From assembly GCA_964106915.2 (NCBI GenBank), contig OZ066914.1: 64,000 nucleotides of DNA, one strand, 5' to 3'. Below, one piece after another: positions 59,662 through 64,000 of the stretch. The translations under genes were made by a program, and so were the position numbers. Source of the stretch: Podarcis gaigeae. Lineage: Eukaryota. Below the pieces are notes generated by a model. It worked only from the letters and a program-made list of their open reading frames with translations, was not told the origin of the DNA and ran no database searches. Position 1 is the stretch's first letter; the number at the start of each line of letters is the position of its first letter.

Positions 59662-62543
59662 GGTGGTCAAGTGGGCTGGGAAGCTGGCCTCCCCATCTCT
59701 AGAAGTGGAGTGTCCAGATTACTCTTAATTCCTTCAGTTCCCTTCAAGTAGCTCTTCTTGTACCCCAGCAGAATCCCTACCTCTTGGTGCCTGTGTGATC
59801 TGGACTAATACGTGTTGCTGCAGTGGCCCTTTGGCTGAGAGGAATCTATTTCTACTTCTCTTCTTTGGCTCACATTGGTTCTCCACATGCACCCAAATCA
59901 GTTCTGAGCATTCCCATTTTGGAAGGCTACGGCCGCTACTGAACACAACCAGCTTGCTACCCTTGATGGAAAAGCTGACCCCTAGCCCTATGGAAAACAT
60001 GGGGAATAAAAGAAGATTGCTTTGCCCTGGAAGTGCCCATGTTTCTGAATAGAGAGCTATTTGTACATTTCAAGGAACTCTAGCACTTGTGGTAGGTGCT
60101 GTTACAATTTCCCTGCCATAATTTAAAGGTTAGTGCCCTCAGATATTGTGGAGCCCGCGCTATCTTTTTGTAATGCCCTTCTGAAGAGAGTGTCTCTGCG
60201 AAACTGGCCTTGCCATTAAGGTTTTCCATTTTTTTTGGGGGGGGGGAATAATGATTTTGTGTGTGTTTTGCTCTCCCCCCTGCCAGACGGTAGGAGTCAT
60301 GCAGGGGGTGCCTGCTGTGGTGGTATTAGCTCTTCAAAATGCCAAAGGCCAGATTAAAACACTGCCCATTCCTGTAACTGAAGCACAGACATCTATGCCT
60401 CTGGTTGCTGCTGCCTTACCATTGTGATGAGAGCATACTCAAGCAAAAGACAGATCACTGAGGCCAAACTCAAGAACCTTAAGCAGAAACCTCCTCTCCC
60501 CAATCTACTGGGCAATCTTGTGCCATAATTAGGGGAGGTGAGTTTTCTCACTGAAGGACCACTGCCATTGTGTCCTTGTTGAGCTGAAATACAGTTTAAG
60601 AATGCCAGAATGGCTCTGCTGGACCCTTTGTTTCCTTGGCACATGGAGATAGGAAGCATTGCTGCTCTTTTCTCTGACCTGAGAAAGGTTATGCAGCCGT
60701 GCAGTATGGTTATTCCATAGAGTTGTTCCCCCTTTCAGATCAGAAAGCTGAATTATTCTGAACTCTAGACTAGGCTAAGCCATTGGCCCAAGCACATACG
60801 TTTTAAGCCAAATGTGTTCTCTCAAAAATAGCAGTTTTCTGCTGAGCCTATAGAAGCTTTTGCTTTTTAATAGTGTTGTAAAAGTGCATTTTCACAATGT
60901 ATTACTGCCAACTGTCGTAAGGCTATTTTGTCCACACCCCAACCCATTAGTTGGCCCTGTAAAATAGCAAGCTTGGAGTTTCACAGGATTACAGAGAAGT
61001 TGGAGGTGCTTTTCTCCACCTTCCCAGAACCTGTGGCTTCCTGTCACAAGACAGTTAGAGGGAAGCTGGCAAGGTGTGTTTTGTAAATGCACAGTAGGCT
61101 ACTGTTTAAAATTGAATAAAAGAAGGCCTGTGCTATGGTTTTAAAGTGACAAAGCGAGCACTAAAATCTGCATGTGAATTATCAGTGCCCGTAGCCCAGC
61201 CAGATCCTGTGAATTGGATTCCACATCTGTCACAGATCGTTGGAAATGGTGAACTGAAGTGCTTGACACTATTATGAGGAGCTGACGAATGTGTTGGTCC
61301 AAGTTCATCATCCTACGTAAGGTACAGGATCAGTCAGCATATAGGAAGTGTTCAGTCTGGTAACATATAAACTTAATTCGAAATTTGGAACAACACAGCA
61401 GTTGGGAACATTGATTTTTCTGTTTAGCTGAGACACGGAGAGGCTTTCACCAAGAACACTAACAAGTGAATGGCTTTTTGCCTTCTAGTATCTCTTGTAT
61501 AGAATAGTTTAGCATGGTTAACTTGCTCGCTCCTGTTCAAAGTTCCCAGGTTGGAAGGAGAAGCAGCTGGTTTCCATGGAAATCATTGCCTCAGAAATGG
61601 AAGGCCCAGGCACTTTAGGACACAAGGCTGCAGGTTCAGCCACTGCACTGTAACATTAATTCCTCATCTTCTTTTAGGATTAGGAGCAAGTTCAGGCAGG
61701 AGGGAGAAAGTGCTGTCATAGCTGCCCAGTAACACTTTTATGAAGTCCACAGATTCCCAATTTGTGTGCGTGTGTGATTTCCCCCACCCCCAAACACATT
61801 GCAAATCTTTGTATTGCTAGCTACTGCACACAGTTAAAAGTGCACTCACAAAGCCCTGCAAGTATGCCAGTGTAAAATAGCTCTGTTGCTTTCCCTACTT
61901 TGTGGGAGCTTCCAGGACACGTGGAGTACATACATGGCAGCAATGTCTGCTTTGCCTCATTGCCCTCTCCCCTCACCATTTTTTTTCCCATTTTCAAATC
62001 TCTTACCATTGTGGGCGATTGGTGGAGCTGCATGCTAGGCCTGACTGCACCCTACGAATTAAGTTTGCATCTTTGGCCAGTTAACTCTGAACTTCCTTCC
62101 CCTTCCCTTTTTTTGATGGCTGTCATGTGTGCTGTCTGAATTAGGATGGTAGGCATCCAAGCAAGTGGTTGGAATTACTAGAAGACCAGCATCTCAAAGG
62201 GCCAATTATGTCCTTCCATGCTCCTCTTGTAATAGAGGCCAAGAGCTGGTTAGATCGCCATGGCTGCACATTGTTTTCTGTCCTCCTGCAAACTTCCAGT
62301 GCTACACCAGCTTGGCTGCCTCCTTGTCATGTAGCTTCCATGTTAGATATTGGCCACAGTGCTTCTGTCGGTGGAGCGCTCCATCTCTATTGTATCCTTT
62401 GCTTGCCTAATAAAGCCCATCAGTGTCTTGGTACCCCCTGAATACACTCTGTGCTCTCACCTCTAGCAGTCAGTCATGTATCTGTATTGAGAACAGCTTA
62501 TGGGTGCTGCTGCTTATGCTGAAGCTAATTGGATGCCTTGTGG

Positions 62544-62678
62544 TAGGAGTGGGGAACCTGTGGTCCTCCAGATGTTGGACTCCAGTGCCCATTAGCCATA
62601 GCCAGCCTGGCCAGTTTTCGGGGGTGATGGGAATTGTAATCCAGCAACATCTGGAAGGCCGCCGGTTTTCCACCTTTG
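62544..62678. mobile_element. hAT-type MITE family A within the probable ARHGAP1 3' UTR
   Basis: Same family sequence; 8-bp TSD ccttgtgg/ccttatgg. Confidence 0.8.
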
Positions 62679-62949
62679 CCTTATGGCAAGTCTCTTTGCT
62701 GACTCAGCAGAGGTCTTTGATGGCCAAGTGACCCCTGGTTGCGTGTTCTCCACTGGGGTCTGTATGCAGAGTTTACAGCTTTGCTTTTTGTTGCTGTTAT
62801 CTTGCATTTTTGTTCTCATTGATGTTTATTGGGAGCAGGGCTGGGGTTTTTTATTTTTATTTTTACTGTGACATTAATTTACACACCCATGTTTATTTCC
62901 TTCTAATGGTACCAATCTTGTATTTCACAGTTTGCACTTTTTGTACTTC

Positions 62950-62955
62950 AATAAA
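62950..62955 (+). terminator. Probable ARHGAP1 polyadenylation signal (AATAAA); other AATAAA at 60005 and 61115
   Basis: Preceded by TGTA elements and followed ~25 nt later by a GT/T-rich tract (ttttggtgtttttctt). Confidence 0.6.
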
Positions 62956-64000
62956 AACCCAAAGCCAATACCAGTTTTGGTGTTTTTCTTCAATGTGTTG
63001 TTCTAGAATCAGTCAACAAAAGAGACTGATTAGTATCATCCACCTGGTGCCTATACAACAATACAGTAAGTGGTGAAATGCATATCTAATCCCCTTCAGG
63101 GAGAAGGTTATTTGTTCATCCTTTGCCCAGTGTAGCACTGTCTGGTAGGTGTAAATTGATCATGGGACTTTTCCACCTTTTATTCAGGCTGTACTTTGTT
63201 ACATTACTTGCTTCATAGCTGTCTGTTATATACAGTAAACCTGCAGCTTGTGCTTGTTTTACTTGTGCAATCACCTTATGCAGATGAGGAATAGAGCTGG
63301 GGAAATCCTCCCCTGTGCATATTTATCCCGCACCCCACACCCCCAGCAGGGTATTCCTTGTTTACTGGGCTTAGGGAAGGGAGTGCATAATCTTGACTTT
63401 GAGTGAGGAACTGAACCCTCATGTAGACCCACTGTATTTAATATAGTATATTCATCTTCAACATCACTAGCACCAAGTTCCTAGTTTTAAGGTTTATTCA
63501 TCTTATGTTCACCAACCTGAACTCATAGCTGATCATTTCCCAGGCAATCATGTTCCCCCAAGTGAAAGCTGGTGAAAATCAATCTTTGCTAGATAATGGG
63601 TATGACAAATGTGTGAAGGGAGGATGTGGCCCTGCCTTTGACCCCCCCCCCCTTTTACTGGCTTTTGGTTTAAGAATGGCACTACCACCAACTTCTGTGT
63701 TGGTAACCTCAAGGCTTGATCATTCCAATGAACTTTCTGTGGCTGGCCCTTGGGCCTGATGCAGAACCTCCAGCTGGTGCAGATTGTGGTAGCTAGACTG
63801 ATGGGGGCACATGGCTGACAACACTAATTAAAACATTTACACTGGTTGCCTGTTAATACAAGGATGTTGAACTTGGCTTGGTAGTTAATTTACAAAGACC
63901 AAACAACTTGGGCCTGAGGTACCATTTGGGACCATCTGAACCAGCTCAACTACTGAGTGCCTCTGTAGGCACATTGCTGGTCATCCCCTGGTATGGCTTA

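Noticed and set aside
63000-64000. Possible 3' end of a convergent neighbour (ATG13 by human synteny)
   Set aside because: No coding exon is visible; a lone minus-strand AATAAA near 63180 is not enough.

Overview
Vertebrate genomic DNA, almost certainly from a squamate and probably a lacertid lizard, judged from a full-length Sauria-type SINE, squamate-type hAT MITEs and L1/L2/CR1/Penelope fragments. The window holds the F2-ZNF408-ARHGAP1 block in the same order and relative orientation as human 11p11.2. (1) Prothrombin F2, minus strand: coding exons 1-11 (14903 down to 1035); exons 12-14 lie off the left edge. (2) ZNF408, minus strand: complete 5-exon CDS (30892 down to 20458, 762 aa, degenerate PR/SET region plus 10 C2H2 fingers). 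(3) ARHGAP1 (Cdc42GAP/p50RhoGAP), plus strand: 12 coding exons (38866-59403, 435 aa) with a probable ~3.5 kb 3' UTR. ZNF408 and ARHGAP1 share a CpG-island bidirectional promoter. All exon boundaries were read by hand (GT-AG, phases consistent). Most notable observations: a ~185-bp Penelope-like fold-back insertion in ZNF408 intron 3 whose loop carries a minimal hammerhead ribozyme core, sense to the pre-mRNA; a candidate 30-nt in-frame microexon in ARHGAP1 intron 3; a young L1 with a 20-bp TSD stacked on an older L1; a perfect 123-bp tandem duplication; a diverged 40-bp module repeated 1060 bp apart; and changes relative to human at prothrombin activation and glycosylation sites. I found no evidence of a wholly new multi-gene system; these are element-level or isoform-level leads.
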